From assembly GCA_013115125.1 (NCBI GenBank), contig JABANN010000146.1, positions 1-61,863 of the forward strand: a stretch of DNA of 61,863 nucleotides, given 5' to 3'. This document shows, in pieces, positions 10,300-26,300 of the stretch (its first letter is position 1; the number at the start of each line of letters is the position of its first letter). The notes beneath the pieces were generated by a model that was not told the DNA's origin, ran no database searches, and saw only the letters and a list, made by a program, of their open reading frames with translations. Position numbers and translations under genes: made by a program. This stretch comes from Perkinsus olseni. Taxonomy: Eukaryota.

Positions 10300-13200
10300 C
10301 GAAGATAGACTATCCTTCCCTAGACGGCCGTGTGAACCATACCAATATCCCTCCACATGGAGGAGGCTGCACGTGTTTCTGGGACAGTTGCACGCCCCGC
10401 ACGGCGGGGGTTTGGCCGAGAACGGGTTCTGGCTTGGAAGAGAACAACACCAGAGTTCAAGACTACTCTTCAACTGGCTTAGGCTGCCTTTGCTCGGAAG
10501 AACTACCCCACCCAGCAGAGCTCATGTAACTCCTCAGCACATTGCTAGCTAGCTGCCCCCTCGCCGCTTCGACTGCTGTCTCCTGGTTTTCGGTTGTGAG
10601 TGAGCGCTCAACCCCCTCACTTTTGTATTCACCAGCACCTCTACACCACTCACACGTACCACGTCTACTGGAACCTCCCGGATCGCCTCTAGCCACTGCT
10701 CCCGGTAAGAGTCCCTACCAGAAGGTGCCACCAGAAGGTGCCACCAGAAGTAACGTGTTGATCCTCGCGCTAGTGGATGCTGCTATAGGATCTCTTCATT
10801 GTGGCGTTTTGATGAAGCTCCCCTTGCCTCTCCGGCCTTGACAGCTCTGCATTGCTTTGCACACTTCGAGGTCACTTGCTGAAGTCTCTTTGTTTTGCAC
10901 CACACCCCCTTCGATATTCTACGAGGGTGACTAAGATGAATAACACAAAACCCGTTGGTCAACAGACTAAAAGTCACCGAACATGCAAATGTCAGAGAGA
11001 GGAACATAATAGTAATCATGCATGCTCAACTACACCCTCCTCACTCGAGCCCACCACTTGGTGTCTTCAAGTTCATCATCTCACCGTGTTGAAAAGAAAC
11101 TCAGCGATTCTGCCAGACCATTCATCGAGGAGGGTCGTATGTTCTCGCATCAGGCTTGCTGCTGCTCTCTTCACGGCAGTTCTGCGCTGACGGTGTCCAT
11201 GAAAGTGAGCTCGCCTCAGCTTCTTACGCTTCATCTCGCTCGTGTTTCCGACGGAGTAATTCTGCATTTTCCGCCCTCAAACGAGCCAATGATTGCCTGC
11301 GGCAGAGAACTCGAATCCGAAAAGACTCGCCATGCTCACTCGAGGCGCCGTAGTTCTGCTTCCTTTGATTCGATCAAAGACACCATCCCCTCAGCCGCGG
11401 AGGTGCTCGTTGCGCTCATGCCCCTGAAGATGAACATAGAATAGATAATGATGGTGTCACTCGAAACATTCGAAAAATAGTTTCGGATCCCCAGACGAAG
11501 GACGGGTGGGCCCTCCCTTGGAGTAGTCGAATCATCGAGGCCTTCCTGGGCAAAATCGAACTGGTTGGGGCCATATTTTTTTCAAATTTTCAGACAAAAT
11601 ATTTCATAGTCCGAGATCTGACGGCGCACCCTGCGTGTTGATGATGAGGGGTTGAAGGGCCGTATCCTTGACTGCTTGGGCGGATCCTGAATAAAAAGAC
11701 TTCCTCATGAAACTACAGCGCAAAAGCACGGCAACCTGCGCACATTTTAATGGCGGGTAGAGAGAGATCAGTCCTCTCCCCGTGGCCCACACCTAGCGCG
11801 TTCGCAGTGGCCGGTCGTACGGCTATGCTGGGAGGGGTTGGGCGGCCAAATGGCGATTGTCCACGCAAGAGTCTTCGACCGGAGGCCTACTGTGAGAGTT
11901 AAGGACTGCGAGAAGGCTGAGCATAGTTCTCACATGAGGACGATGAAGGTGACCCTGGGAGCTGAGGCGATGGGCTCTGACACGAAAGAAGCTGGCGAGA
12001 CTCCAGGCGAGTTTGGTGGTACGCCAGCTGCCGGGTAAGTCGATCGTTGATGTCCCTCAATAGAGCCACGCGGTGGGGCACCTCCTCCGGGCACCTACGG
12101 ACGCGGGATGAATCGGCTCGGTACCTTCCCTTCTACACTCACCGGTTTCGAGCAACGGCGGGGGCAAAGTTGTTGAACTCCGATGGGAACTCCATGGGCG
12201 TTGACGGGAAGGTCGAACTTGCACTGGTAGAGAGTTCAGTAATATTGAAGACAACAATACAGCATCCTCGGTGACCGGAAATTTTCTACAGCTCATCAGC
12301 ATGACGCGAGGAAGCCTTCGACTGATCGGAATTGAGTGCTCGGACGAAGTCCGCGATCACTCGAACCCAATCCTGGCGGGTCTCTGAAAGTCAGCTCGGT
12401 TGCATCCGAAGAGCCGCAGCGATTCGCAGTTCACTTTTCCCCGTGAAAGTGTCGTCCTCGAACCCTGTCATCCTCATGAACTCCTTCAGTGTTATCTCGT
12501 CGTCTTCATGTCGACTCGGAACGACCGCTGATTGATCAGTAGCAGCGCAATAGGAATTGCACAGCCAGACGGCGGGGGTGTCTTCTCCCTCCGTCGCCCA
12601 CCTCTGCACCAACTCGTATTCACCGACCTCCTCTGACGGTAAGATGATTAATTCCACAGCGGAGCGAAGGTCTCACCGACTAATTGTTGGCACATTGCAG
12701 AGAGGCGTCTGGACCACTGCTGACCGCCCATCTGTATCGACCCTCCACCGCCGCCTGCCCGACCGTCGAGCGTCAGAGTCTCCGGAGGATTCACTCCCAC
12801 ACCGGACAAGACGTTCTCACCATCCACCTGAGAGGCATCGCGGGATGACCAGTCCTGTAAACCCGTCGAGATGCGGTGATGACTGGTGGTCGAAGCTCAC
12901 CCCTCGTCTGATGCCGTAGCCGTCGAATGACTTCTCCTTACAGAGCGCGTCGAACTTGTCGATGATCTCATATTCAGGAAGCTGCCTGGCCTGAAGGAGA
13001 TGCCTGATAACCGTTTGATAGAAGCGCTCTTCTCAGGCGGGTCCAGATCGCCGCGCAGCTGCACGTCGTGAAGGGCCCGAGCCTTCAGGCACCCGTATCT
13101 TCGTAGCATCTTTCCGAAGCGATTCATGAATGTGATAACTGATGGCTCGACATGCGTCGCATCGGTACCGCTGGGGCAATGTAGGTGAGTACATGTCCTG

Positions 13201-13373
13201 AGGCATATGGAGTGGTACCACGCGTATCGCTTATCGGTCACCTCCTGGCTGAGGTTAGGGGCTTCTAGCTTTATCTGTTGCATCACTCGACGACCATCCG
13301 CCTTGTAAGCTGCTGGTACCGCAAGAAAGATCAAGGCGGCGGTACAATAGGACAACCGAGTTGATGAAACCAT
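10300..13373 (-). CDS. Multi-exon hypothetical protein(s), coiled-coil and possibly PH-like segment; boundaries uncertain
   Basis: Chain of spliced minus-strand frames (12897-13373, 12391-12657, 11076-11440, 10549-10731 with YREQWLEAIRE). No family recognised. Confidence 0.35.
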
Positions 13374-13485
13374 TGGACACCAACTCACGACGACGCACGC
13401 CCAAAGAGGCACTACGAGGTCCTCCTCAGTATTCTGAAGAGCCGTGGATGGCCACGCAACTCGACGAGTTGCAGAAACGTTGGTA

Positions 13486-14270
13486 TTATTTTTCGATGTA
13501 ATTGCCGCAAGCATCGACCTGCCTCGTCTCCTCCTCTTCATAATCTTCCTCGTCACTGGAAGAGTCGCTGGAAGGCATCATCCGCGCCTGCCGATGCGCC
13601 GCTTCCTCCTCCAAGTCCCGCAAGAACTTTCGCTCGGCTTCCTCGACCTCCTCGGAGTTGTTACAACCCGCGTACAACTCGAGCACGTCCCGGTTGAGTT
13701 CGAAGAACTCCTCCCCCCAACCAAAACTGGCGTTCAGGGTGTCCTCGGCGAACTCCCGATAACCTGTGATGTAGGCCGCCGCACAGAGGGCCTCGGCCGT
13801 ACACAACTTTCCCCTCTTGCCAAAGTTAATGGGATTGGCAGCGACCAAGGTCATCGGCAGCAATCGATAGTGATGAGGAGGGACCTTCATGCGCCTGAGA
13901 CACGCATCAAGCGACCAATACCGATGGCGCTGGCGTACTTGGGTATCTCATCGAGTCTGTTCCAGGAGCAGTTGATCGCTCCAATGCCGCTCTTGGCGAC
14001 AATTTCTCGGTCGCCGCCCGAAAGGTAGGCCTTCCCCTCAGCCGACAGCAAGATGCCCTGACGGTTGAGAACGTTTTAGCGAAGGAGATCTGGTCGGTGT
14101 ACTACTTGAAAGGGAACGTGTGGCTTCAAAGCCTTGGCTGAGCCTCTCTTCACCAGCCGCATTCCTGTGTCCTTTTTCGGATCATTCTGGTGGAACTCGA
14201 ACATGACCAGTCGGGGGTTCTTCTCGGCAAGTCGAGGAGCTTCGGTTGTTTCGGAAGGTTCGAGAGGCAT
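13486..14270 (-). CDS. TSR3: 18S rRNA aminocarboxypropyltransferase Tsr3 (2 introns)
   Basis: MFEFHQNDPKKDTGMRL, GIGAINCSW, RLLPMTLVAANPINFGKRGKLCTAEALCAA, FGWGEEFFELN, and an acidic tail. Confidence 0.93.
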
Positions 14271-14590
14271 ACTATACAGCAGAAGAATAACACTCGCCGG
14301 GGATCGAACCTGGGTCATTCAACTCGACACGATCCGACAATAGGAGTCAATCTCATTATTAACGACTATAAGCTGCAGTTGACTGATGGTTCTGGATTGA
14401 ATAAAAAACAGCGCGACTTGGCTCACCTCACCACGCCTACCACCACCACGACAGCACAGTGATGCTCCGAGGAGGGCCTCTGCCCGGTCATGATGGTGAC
14501 GCAATGAGCAGCAACAACAGCAGCAGTTGGCTAGTAGAAAAAATGGTACTTGAATCTTTCCTCCCCACTCGACATAGTACCCTCAGGGGC

Positions 14591-16889
<2,299 letters not shown>

Positions 16890-17360
16890 TACAAAGGACA
16901 CAAAGATCGCCTGAAGCCCACCATCCACATGTAGACACAGGACGAGGAGAAGCCTTCTGCTCCTGGCCGCGACAACCGCGCACGCCATTATGATCGATTT
17001 CAATGAGCACATGAATCTCGTAGTGGCGTTACCTGATAGGCCGGCAATAAAAATGCAGAGTCGAACGCCAATCGTAACCATGGCGTCGGTGAGCACCGGG
17101 CTTATCTGTTTGGAAGGTCAGAATCGTTTTTATGTTTGCTTACAATTTAGTTTCGTGGAAGGCGACGAGGACGGACGTGAAGTGTCTGACTTCGGGTTCC
17201 TCGGATAAGTCTGTTACAGACTGATTAATCATGCACTTTTCGAGAGATCAACTCCCCAGCTCGAAGTCTCGTGTTACGAGTTGTTAATGGAGTGGTATGG
17301 GGTTCGGCGTATCTTAGGTTGAAGCAAGGCGAGTATCTTTCCTGTGGATAGTCAACCTCA

Positions 17361-20300
17361 ATGGTCAAGAGTCCAAGTCGAGGTCTGAAGACACCCAGGC
17401 CATCAGAAGCCTACAAGCCCACCCCTCCTAACTATCACTCCTTCGCTGGGCCGCCCGTCACGCAAGTAGGAATTCTATTGACGCTGGGGAAGTAGCATAA
17501 AATCACTCCACTCAGAATACCAAAGGCAACCGAAATGTCAAAGTGCTGGCGAATCCGGAAGGCCAACCCTTGAACGCTTCGGAGAGAGTGCGGCTTTGCG
17601 GGGTGAGAGGAATCTTTTAACTTCGTCTTGTGCATGCTCGTCGCAAAGATACGCTGCCCTGATGAGGTTTGCTTCGCGGCTGGGAGCTGGGACGTCGGAC
17701 AGGAAGTGATTGTCAATTTTTCTATCAGAAACGAATGGCTGATGCCCGTCACAATCAAGTAATATGGTATTCCTCTGTGGGTGGTATCTTTCACTCAGGT
17801 ACACTCTGCCGAGGTCGAGGTCGGTATCTCTTCCGTATCCAAAACCGATAAAGATATCTCCAGGATTGACCGAGGAGATCCCCGTCACATTTCGGTAGGA
17901 GTTGGGGGATTTACGGTATGAGACTATCTTCTCAGGCCAACCGCGTATGAGCCTCTGCTGGACGAGATTGTCGTTCATGTAAAGACACCCGCAGTGGCCG
18001 ATGTCCCGCCGGCGTTCGTCATGTGCGTGATGTGCCAGGGTCAACCTAAGATACCTCCTCTCACCCAGATGCATCCGAGCAGAGGTCAACACCCTTTCGG
18101 TCAGCCACAGAGTCCCCAACTCGACTGTCGACTTCGGGCTGGTCCCGGCCGGGGAGACCAGCGCCAAAATTATACAGCTTTTCAATACTGGTGAGGCGTG
18201 CTTTTGCCATACCACTCCTCTCGCAACTCTTGCCTCAGGTTCCCGTGTAGCTCAGATTGCGTGGAAGACCTCTGAGCCTTTCTCGGTAGATCCTGACTGC
18301 TGTCCGGCGACGATCCCCGTCGGAGGCGCCGCCAAGTACAGTTTGAGAATCTCGCCGGAGAGAGGGCAGACTATAGAAGGTTTGGTGGTGGCAACAGCGA
18401 CGGCTGGGGTGATAAAATACCCTTGCCGGGGATCGAACCTGGATGCATTCCATTGTCAGCCGTCCGTCGAGGATTACTCGAAGCTCGGAGCTGACAGTGG
18501 AAATAATTATCATATGATGCACGAAGCTCAGGAGGTTCCTTTGAGGGTAAGCCCGGAGACCGCGTACGCCGGTGGGGTATCGTGTTTCTGCTACCAACAC
18601 GTGTACAATAGAATTCTTATGAATTTATGCTACCAACACGTGTACGATAGAATTNNNNNNNNNNNNNNNNNNNNNNNNNNNNNNNNNNNNNNNNNNNNNN
18701 NNNNNNNNNNNNNNNNNNNNNNNNNNNNNNNNNNNNNNNNNNNNNNNNNNNNNTCTTATGAATTTATGCTACCAACACGTGTACAATAGAATTCTTATGA
18801 ATTTATGCTACCAACACGTGTACAATAGAATTCTTATGAATTTATGCTACCAACACGTGTACAATTTGCGTAACGGAAATTGCCTGAATCATTCTTCTCC
18901 CCGCGAGCCGCCCCCAAGGTACGTGGCGTCGCCAAAGTACCCCATCTCCTCTTCACCCACAGTGCATCAGCTGACCAAAAGATTTTCACCACTGAGGAAG
19001 GCCATGCCCGCATTGATTTGGGTAAATACCCCCGCGTCCCGCCCGGCTAGAGTCGCGTCAGGCTCCTGTGCACCGGAAGTATCGCACACAGCCAGCTTTA
19101 CCGTAACCAACGCTACTGCTGTGAGAACCGCATTCGCCGTCCGACCTGTTATGAGAGCATCCTTGGTAGAGAGCCCTCCAGGGGTTGAACTGCTTCAGGG
19201 CGGACCCCCCTCAGGTCGCGGGCAGCCCGTTCGACGTCCGCCTTCCGGACGGCACATCAGTCGGTCCATCGAACCCCTGTTCGATAGGCCCGCTGGAATC
19301 GGTACCTCTGATAGTCTCGTACAAGTCTTCGACCGTCCTTGAGAGAGTGTCCGCGGAATTCGAGATCTCCACGGTCGGAGTGTTGAAGAACACCCTCAAG
19401 CTTGCTGCAGCTGCAAAATGCGAACCCATCCCAGTCAAAGTCAACGCCAAGAGCCTGTCGTTTGAGGAATTGCAAGTGGGCAAGGTTGCCACTAAGGTCT
19501 TCTATATTACGAACGAGAGCCCGAACGTGAGCACTCAGTATCAAGTGGTCCATGCTCGCTGCAGCGATGTCGGAGAAGGAGTGGGGTACTCGGTGCTGGA
19601 GATTGATAACTCATGCGGTGCCATCGCCCCTAAATCCACTGCCACTATCACCGTGACCGCGCGCCCCGAAATTCCCGTGAACTACTATCGTCGACTTTGG
19701 ATACTCGTCAGACATGCCTCGGAGCCCCTCTATGTTGATTGCATCGTCAACAGCTTCGACGGTGACCAGCATCCGATGAAGCTGACCTACGCTCACGTCA
19801 AGTTGTGGCGAGCCATCACTGGCGCTGGACAAGACAGTTTTCCTCCGTCCAGCTCGGCGCATCGGCTGCCTCCAACTGCTGCCCTCGAGGATTCGGAAGG
19901 CCCCGCGGAACCTTGGGGAGAATTAACGAAGCCGCCGGGGATACTACCCGACAGTACGATCACTCTTGGGAAGTGCTTGCCAACTAGCGGGCCTCACACG
20001 AGGAGGGTTGTTGTGAGCAACCCTAGTCCGGGGAAGGTGGCCGTGTACTGGCCCAACCATCACAGCGCTTCCAAGCCTGCTTTCGATATCCGGCCAGAAG
20101 AGTTGGAAATACCCGGCTGTAGTAGTCGGGAGTTCACCCTCGAGTACCATCCAGCAGGAGAGGGCGACTACCGATATACGGTCGCGTCAATGGACTGCGT
20201 GATGGTACCGAAGGAAAACAGGTCGGTCGGGCCTCGAGACGCCGTTGGAGCCTGCCTTGTAGGAGCTATCGGATCGGCGATGCAGCTATGCTAGTCCCCC

Positions 20301-23300
20301 CGCACACCTCCACAGTGGTGGCGTCGGCCCACTCGTGGCCCTCTAGCTGTCGGGCACAACCAAAAGTGACAGTAAACTCGTCCACAGCAGGGAAAGCGAC
20401 CGTGAGGTTCCGAAGCCTGACCCCGGGGCAGACCGACGCGCAGGTCAGTCCAGCTGCACTCGATAGAACCGCTGTAGCCCCACTGCCGCAGGTCGTAGTC
20501 CTGTACAACCACAGTGACGTTGTCGTCGGCTATCGGGTCGAATGGCTCCTTGAAAAAGAGTCGGGCGATTCGTCCTCGGAGGCCTTCCGCTGCTTCCCTC
20601 CCATCGGGTGAGAGATGACGATGTTCAGCTGTCAGACTGCTGCCCTTCAGAGCGATCGAACCTCGAGCGTTTGCACTGGTGGCGGTGCTCTACCGCCCTC
20701 CAGTCGACAGCCCCGCGCAGGGAGGGGCTGTCGAGCACTCCGGAGCCTTCACCCTTCTTTTGAACGATCTCCCCGAGGCAAGGGTCAGGGGCATCGGGGT
20801 CCAGGGGAAGTGCTGGTTGGACTACCCTCTCAAGGTTGGATCAGACGAGAATCAGGTGATCAGTCTGGGAGAGGGCTAATTTCGTGGCGCAGTGACGCTT
20901 TGGACGGCCCTAAGGCTTTCGGGCTCTTCTCGCATGCTTCGTCGTCTGCATGAAAATTTCGTGGCGAAGTGACGATTTGGAAGGCTCTATTTCCTTCGAG
21001 CTCTCATCGAATGCTTTTGCGGAAATTCCGCATGAGAATTTCGTGGCGCAGTGACGGTGTGCGGCCTACCTGATACCAGCTATCGCTCTCGACTCCAATG
21101 GGCGTATCTAAGGTTGATCATAGGTCATCACATTTCCGCCCTGCATCACCGGAACAGTCGCCTCAGTGAGCGCGCCTCTTGTCAACCCTACCGGTGTACC
21201 TCTGAAATGGACGATCGACATACCAAGAGAGTACAGGAATCTTTTCTCCATCCCCGTCACGAACGGGGAGCTCCCTGCGTATGGGAGCACCAGCGTGTTG
21301 GTGACCTATCACCCGACTACGACTCGAGGCCGTGAGACTGATATTGGATGGTTGCAAGCAATGAGCGCTCCGCTGTAAGAGGCATTGGTATCTTTCTACT
21401 CTGTCTGATGCACGCTTCGATCCCACTCTCAGAGTCGGAGGTGGAAGGGAGTGTACAGTCCGCGTGAAGCTGCTCGGCTTCAGTCAAGATCCTCAAGTCC
21501 GCTGCGAGCCGCCGGCCATCGACCTCGGCCCGATACTAACACTTCACCGAATCACCGCGGCCGTCCGAGTAATCATCTGTCCGCATCTTAGGTTGATGCT
21601 AGGAAGATACGCATTTTCTAGGTGCGCAATCTCTCTAACGTAGAGGTCTGCTACGTCACTCGAGTGACCCTCCTGTCACACCAGTCCCCGCAGGGCGATC
21701 CACCTGTCCCCGAGGATACCGACCTTTCTGCATCTTGCAAGGTTCGACCTGAAGATACTAAAGGAAGGGTCGCACCGGGTGCCGCGCAGTCGGTGGTCTT
21801 CTCCGTCAAGACAGCAGTCAGGGGAAGTTACCGATTCCGGTACGGAGAACGTTCGGTATCCGCAACCATGGCGCTGCCCCTCCCTAGCCTCGACGTCTTG
21901 CCCATCCGTGACCTGCCGGAGGCCCTGGAGGTCCCCCAACCCTCCCACTCCGGGGAGTTGTGCGGGGGAGCGCCTATCGCCAGCGTCATCGTCACTGCGG
22001 ACTGTCAGTCGCCGGTGGTAAGGTTCCTTGGTCGGAACGAAAATTAGTAAGATTTTTCCGAAGGTACAAATCGGGGACCTGCGGATAGTCAGCGACAATC
22101 TTTGCGATAGCAGTATGTCCAATGCCGACCAGAGTGATGACGGTGAAATCCGTGGACGCATCTTTGGTTACCATGGGCAATCACAGAATGCAACCTCAGG
22201 GCCGGCCAACTGCCGTCCCGTGTCGGCCCTGTGGCAGCACATGATGGTCGATGATATGAATGCGGCGTTGAGAGGCCCTCTGAAGGACACCGAGAGGGAC
22301 TTCGCCGAGAGGGAGTCCGGCCTGGGTGAGTTCACGGGTAGGGCGGGACTGAGACCGCAAGTGTTGGATTATCGGCAGGCCCAGAAAAGAAGGTGGAGTT
22401 GTTCGACAACCTGGACGATGCATTCACTCTTAATCTCGGCTGTGCTTCTGTTGGAGCTTCAACTGTCACCATGTAGAGCATCCAAGGTTGATCCTAGTTC
22501 TTGACGGGATAGAAAGATACGCTGCCGTCACTAACACTTCGGACGTCCCTGCCAAGCTGAGGATCATCACGCCCGATGACATCAACCTCAAGAGCCCCGG
22601 CATCCCGCTCTGGGCTCACGGCCATCTGGATGGTCAGGACATGGAGGAGGCCAGGCACCATCGCTGGGTAAAGAGCAATATCTTGCTCACTTGCGATTCC
22701 TCAACGTCGAAGAGCAGGTGATGGATGAGCATCTTCTCGACATCCGACCTCGCCAGAGCCTCGTCGAGCCCGGCAAGACCGTCCATATTAAATTCACTTA
22801 TCGCTTCGCTTACGTCGGCATGCACGTCCTACCAATGGTCCTGCAAGTTGAGCATGGGAAGCATCTACGACTGTATCTAACGGGAACGACCCTTCCCAGG
22901 GCTGTCCCGAGGCTCAGCGTCAGGCAGGAGAACATAGTGTAGGTTTGAGGAGGGGCTCGTCCGCTGTATCGCGGACTGGTCATGCGTACGTATGCTAGTG
23001 AGTGACGGCTACGAAAAAGTGGCCAAAATAATTTCTCCTTCCAGCGACTCGTCCATTTTCCAGAAATTCCGACGCGCGCATTTTGCGCAAGATGTGCTTA
23101 GTTTTGTCTGACTCTTTCTACAGAGGAACGGCGCGACCGATTTGTCCCCTCTGAAATTGAGCCCTCCTCTTTTCCCCGTCTACAGGCTTGCCCAATCAGG
23201 CTCGGCGCCCTCGGCCGGGTTGATCAAGTGCTCGAAACCTGTTGAAGGTTTCTGCCTGTTCTTCGCGCCTTCAGTTTCGACCCAGTACCGATCGGGAGGG

Positions 23301-26300
23301 GAGCGTGCGTGCATGCGATTGAGTTATCAAATATCGGAGGTTATGTCCTGGAATCTGGTCTAGCTGTTTTTCAAAGGAATCCTTAGGTTGCCCGTGCACT
23401 TGGCGGATTCGGTCGGATTCCATTGACAAGCTCAACAAAGACAACTACAATTTCAAAGTGCTCGGCATCCGTCCATCGTCCGGATTCCTCAAGGCTAATG
23501 TGAGACCCACATTACCTTGAGGCGTCAACCTAAAATACTCCTATGCTCNNNNNNNNNNNNNNNNNNNNNNNNNNNNNNNNNNNNNNNNNNNNNNNNNNNN
23601 NNNNNNNNNNNNNNNNNNNNNNNNNNNNNNNNNNNNNNNNNNNTCTTCCTCTTCCTCTTCCTCTTCCTCTTCCTCTTCCTCTTCCTCTTCCTCTTCCTCT
23701 TCCTCTTCCTCTTCCTCTTCCTCTTCAGTCCAGTACATTCCTACGCGTTATCTTCTACTACCCCTTGGTGGAAGCCACGGACTACCGTGCGCAGGTACGC
23801 CTCTAGGGATCGCTCGAGGGCGCTTTGTGAACGCAGGGAAACCGACCAATGCGCTCAACTTGGTCGTTGTAAAGATCTATTCGCCTCTAGTGGGCCTCAT
23901 CGTGTGAAAAAATGCGTATCCCGCAATTTCTGTTCTGGACTCACGAAATAGAATCCGTTGCAGATGCGGTTGTGGAGGTGGGGTTTTGAAATCGTTCTTC
24001 AACCCACGGCACGGTGCTTTGGGCTCGACCCGGGAGTGACCAGGATAATAGTGGAGCATCTAGGAATCGTCATACCTGCCCAGACCATCATCTTCCGATT
24101 TTTATGATATACCCCAGGTGCACGTAGAAGTGGTGGCGGAGAGCTCTGGAAGCGCCGATGAGATCGTCCTGGAAGAGCTGGACTTTGGTATTATTCTGCC
24201 GGCATTTGACCCGCGAAAGGTAAGTTCCCTCGCTGCTTGGTGGTGCTTCTATGGAATAGTAGTGATTGTCTTACATGAGAGGACAATTAGACTGCAGAAT
24301 AATGAAGTCCGCTGAAAATACTATTTTGTCTTGCTGTTTTCTTGCCTGGGAAGAGTGTCTAGCGGCTCGCTCCTACGTTACGGATGCAGCCTTGGTGACG
24401 CTCCGTCCTCTAGGACGCTCGCCTCCGTCTCCCTTGGCTTTCTCGCTGCCTACTGTCTAAAGCACGAGTTAGTGAGATCGCTATCGGAGTGTTATAATGA
24501 TAGTATTATGTATTAACGAAGCCAATACCAGTTCCAAGTTGATTGGTGAGATCTATGATAATAAGCTTTCAAATCGGAATCTCTCTCGCTCGGCCCTGCT
24601 GACGGACCGCGATGAACCACCTCTTGCGGACGGCTTTGACGAGAAAAATGATCTCATGTGACATGAGAAGCAACCGCTTGAAAAATTCTTGAAACTCTTG
24701 CAATCTTGCAATTCCTCAACGTTCTTCAGACCACCCCGCGGCCCTCGTCGAGCAGTATCTTCTCGGCTCATCTGCCTCTGCAGCCCCTCAGCCCAGTCCA
24801 TACCTACGGGGCGGCCCTCTCGCTGGAGCATCTTGATTTCGGCCGAACACCAGCTGGTATGTCCGCTGGGGGAAATTGAGGAATTGCAAGATTGCAAGAT
24901 ATCACTAGTGTCTATTGGAAGGTTCAATCAGACATCGCATCACTGTCCTTGTCAACTACACAGAGGAGATGGTGATGCATTACAAGTAGTATATCTTATG
25001 CGCATGCGTGCAGCGGGGGCTCTCGAGGATGGCCATCGCCAGGTGGGACCTACGCGGTCTTCTGAGCGATGGTGATGGTGGTGGTAGAATTACCATCAGT
25101 CCTCAGGTGAGGGATTAGGTCGAGCGTGGGTTTCATGGAATTTAAGATACTTTCAGGAGGGTTACATCTTACCTGGAGAGGAACAGGTTGTGGCCTTCAC
25201 GCTGTTGGCTCCCTCAGTAGGGCGAGCGGAGGATTATGAGATCACCATGCTGGCGATTGACGCCGAGGTCCAATGCTCGGTAAGGGGATGGTGGGAATCC
25301 CACCGTGGGATGGGTCGCTGGCGAATTGAGGTGTGCGGGGATCGAACCCGGGACCTTCGCTGTGGAACTGATTGTGGTTGACTGCCTGCTGGAGATTGCT
25401 ATCCTGACTGAGCGTCGACTTTGGATACTCTGCTTCTTCATCCTGGTCATACCAAAATTCCCCCACTGCAAAATCGTCCTCATTGTAGCCTCAATGCAGA
25501 TAGTCTCCTGGGTGCATCTGGAGGACTTCAAGCAGGGCAATTCTAGTCAGAGTGAAGGCCCCTCACCGATCGCGGAGTAAGGAGAGGGGGCTGTGCTCCT
25601 TACTGTCGTGGATGGTCAGGCAGGAGGAGGTCCTGGCGGAGCATAGGGACCATCGTCATCTGCCGGCCTATTCTACCAGAGATCCCTTCAAACCGAAGCA
25701 TGTTTCCGTCGTTAATCGCCTCACGGTATCGAGGTCAGTATCTCTCGGGAAAAGTCCCAGGTTCGATCCCTGGTCCGGACATCTCAGGTATAGGAATCTC
25801 GCATCGACCGTTGGAGGGCAGAAGTATTTGAATGATAATCTCGGCAGATCGGTGATGCTGTCGATTGATCTGCCCTCCGAGGCTCAAGTGGATGACCTCC
25901 ACCAAAACCTGGTAAGATGTCCAGAAATGCGAAACATGAATCGCTTCGCTCCGCCGTAGGTCCGGTCGATGTTGCTGAAGTCCCATGCGAGAGATCAGGA
26001 GTCTATTGCAAGGAACGCTAGTCGGAGAGATGATCCTGGCATGAGGTCAGAAACAGGGGGTCGATGGCACGTGTCGGAGGAACGATGCCGTTTTCACAGT
26101 TAGAGTGTTTCATGAAGAGGATAGAACCGAGGGGGTGGCCGCTCGAGAAAGTTCAGTAGATTCGTATCGGGCTCCTCCCAGAGTTATTTACCGCGAGAAT
26201 ATCTAGATCTTTCTTGTTTTATCAGAGCCCGATTAGTTCAGCTGGATAGAATGTCTGCCTACGGAGCAGATGGTCGTAGGTTCGAATCCTGCATCGGGTA

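Noticed and set aside
13444-14028. 194-aa plus-strand ORF
   Set aside because: Antisense shadow of TSR3.
17538-18215. 225-aa minus-strand ORF
   Set aside because: Antisense shadow of CFAP65 5' exons.
18589-18865. CRISPR array
   Set aside because: Units are head-to-tail with no unique spacers, lie in a eukaryotic intron, and no cas genes are present.
20878-21056. CRISPR-like repeat-spacer array
   Set aside because: Only three cores, and the linkers are homologous to each other.
23517-23951. Poly-FL, poly-LP and poly-E ORFs
   Set aside because: Artefacts of the (CTCTTC)n microsatellite and the N-gap.
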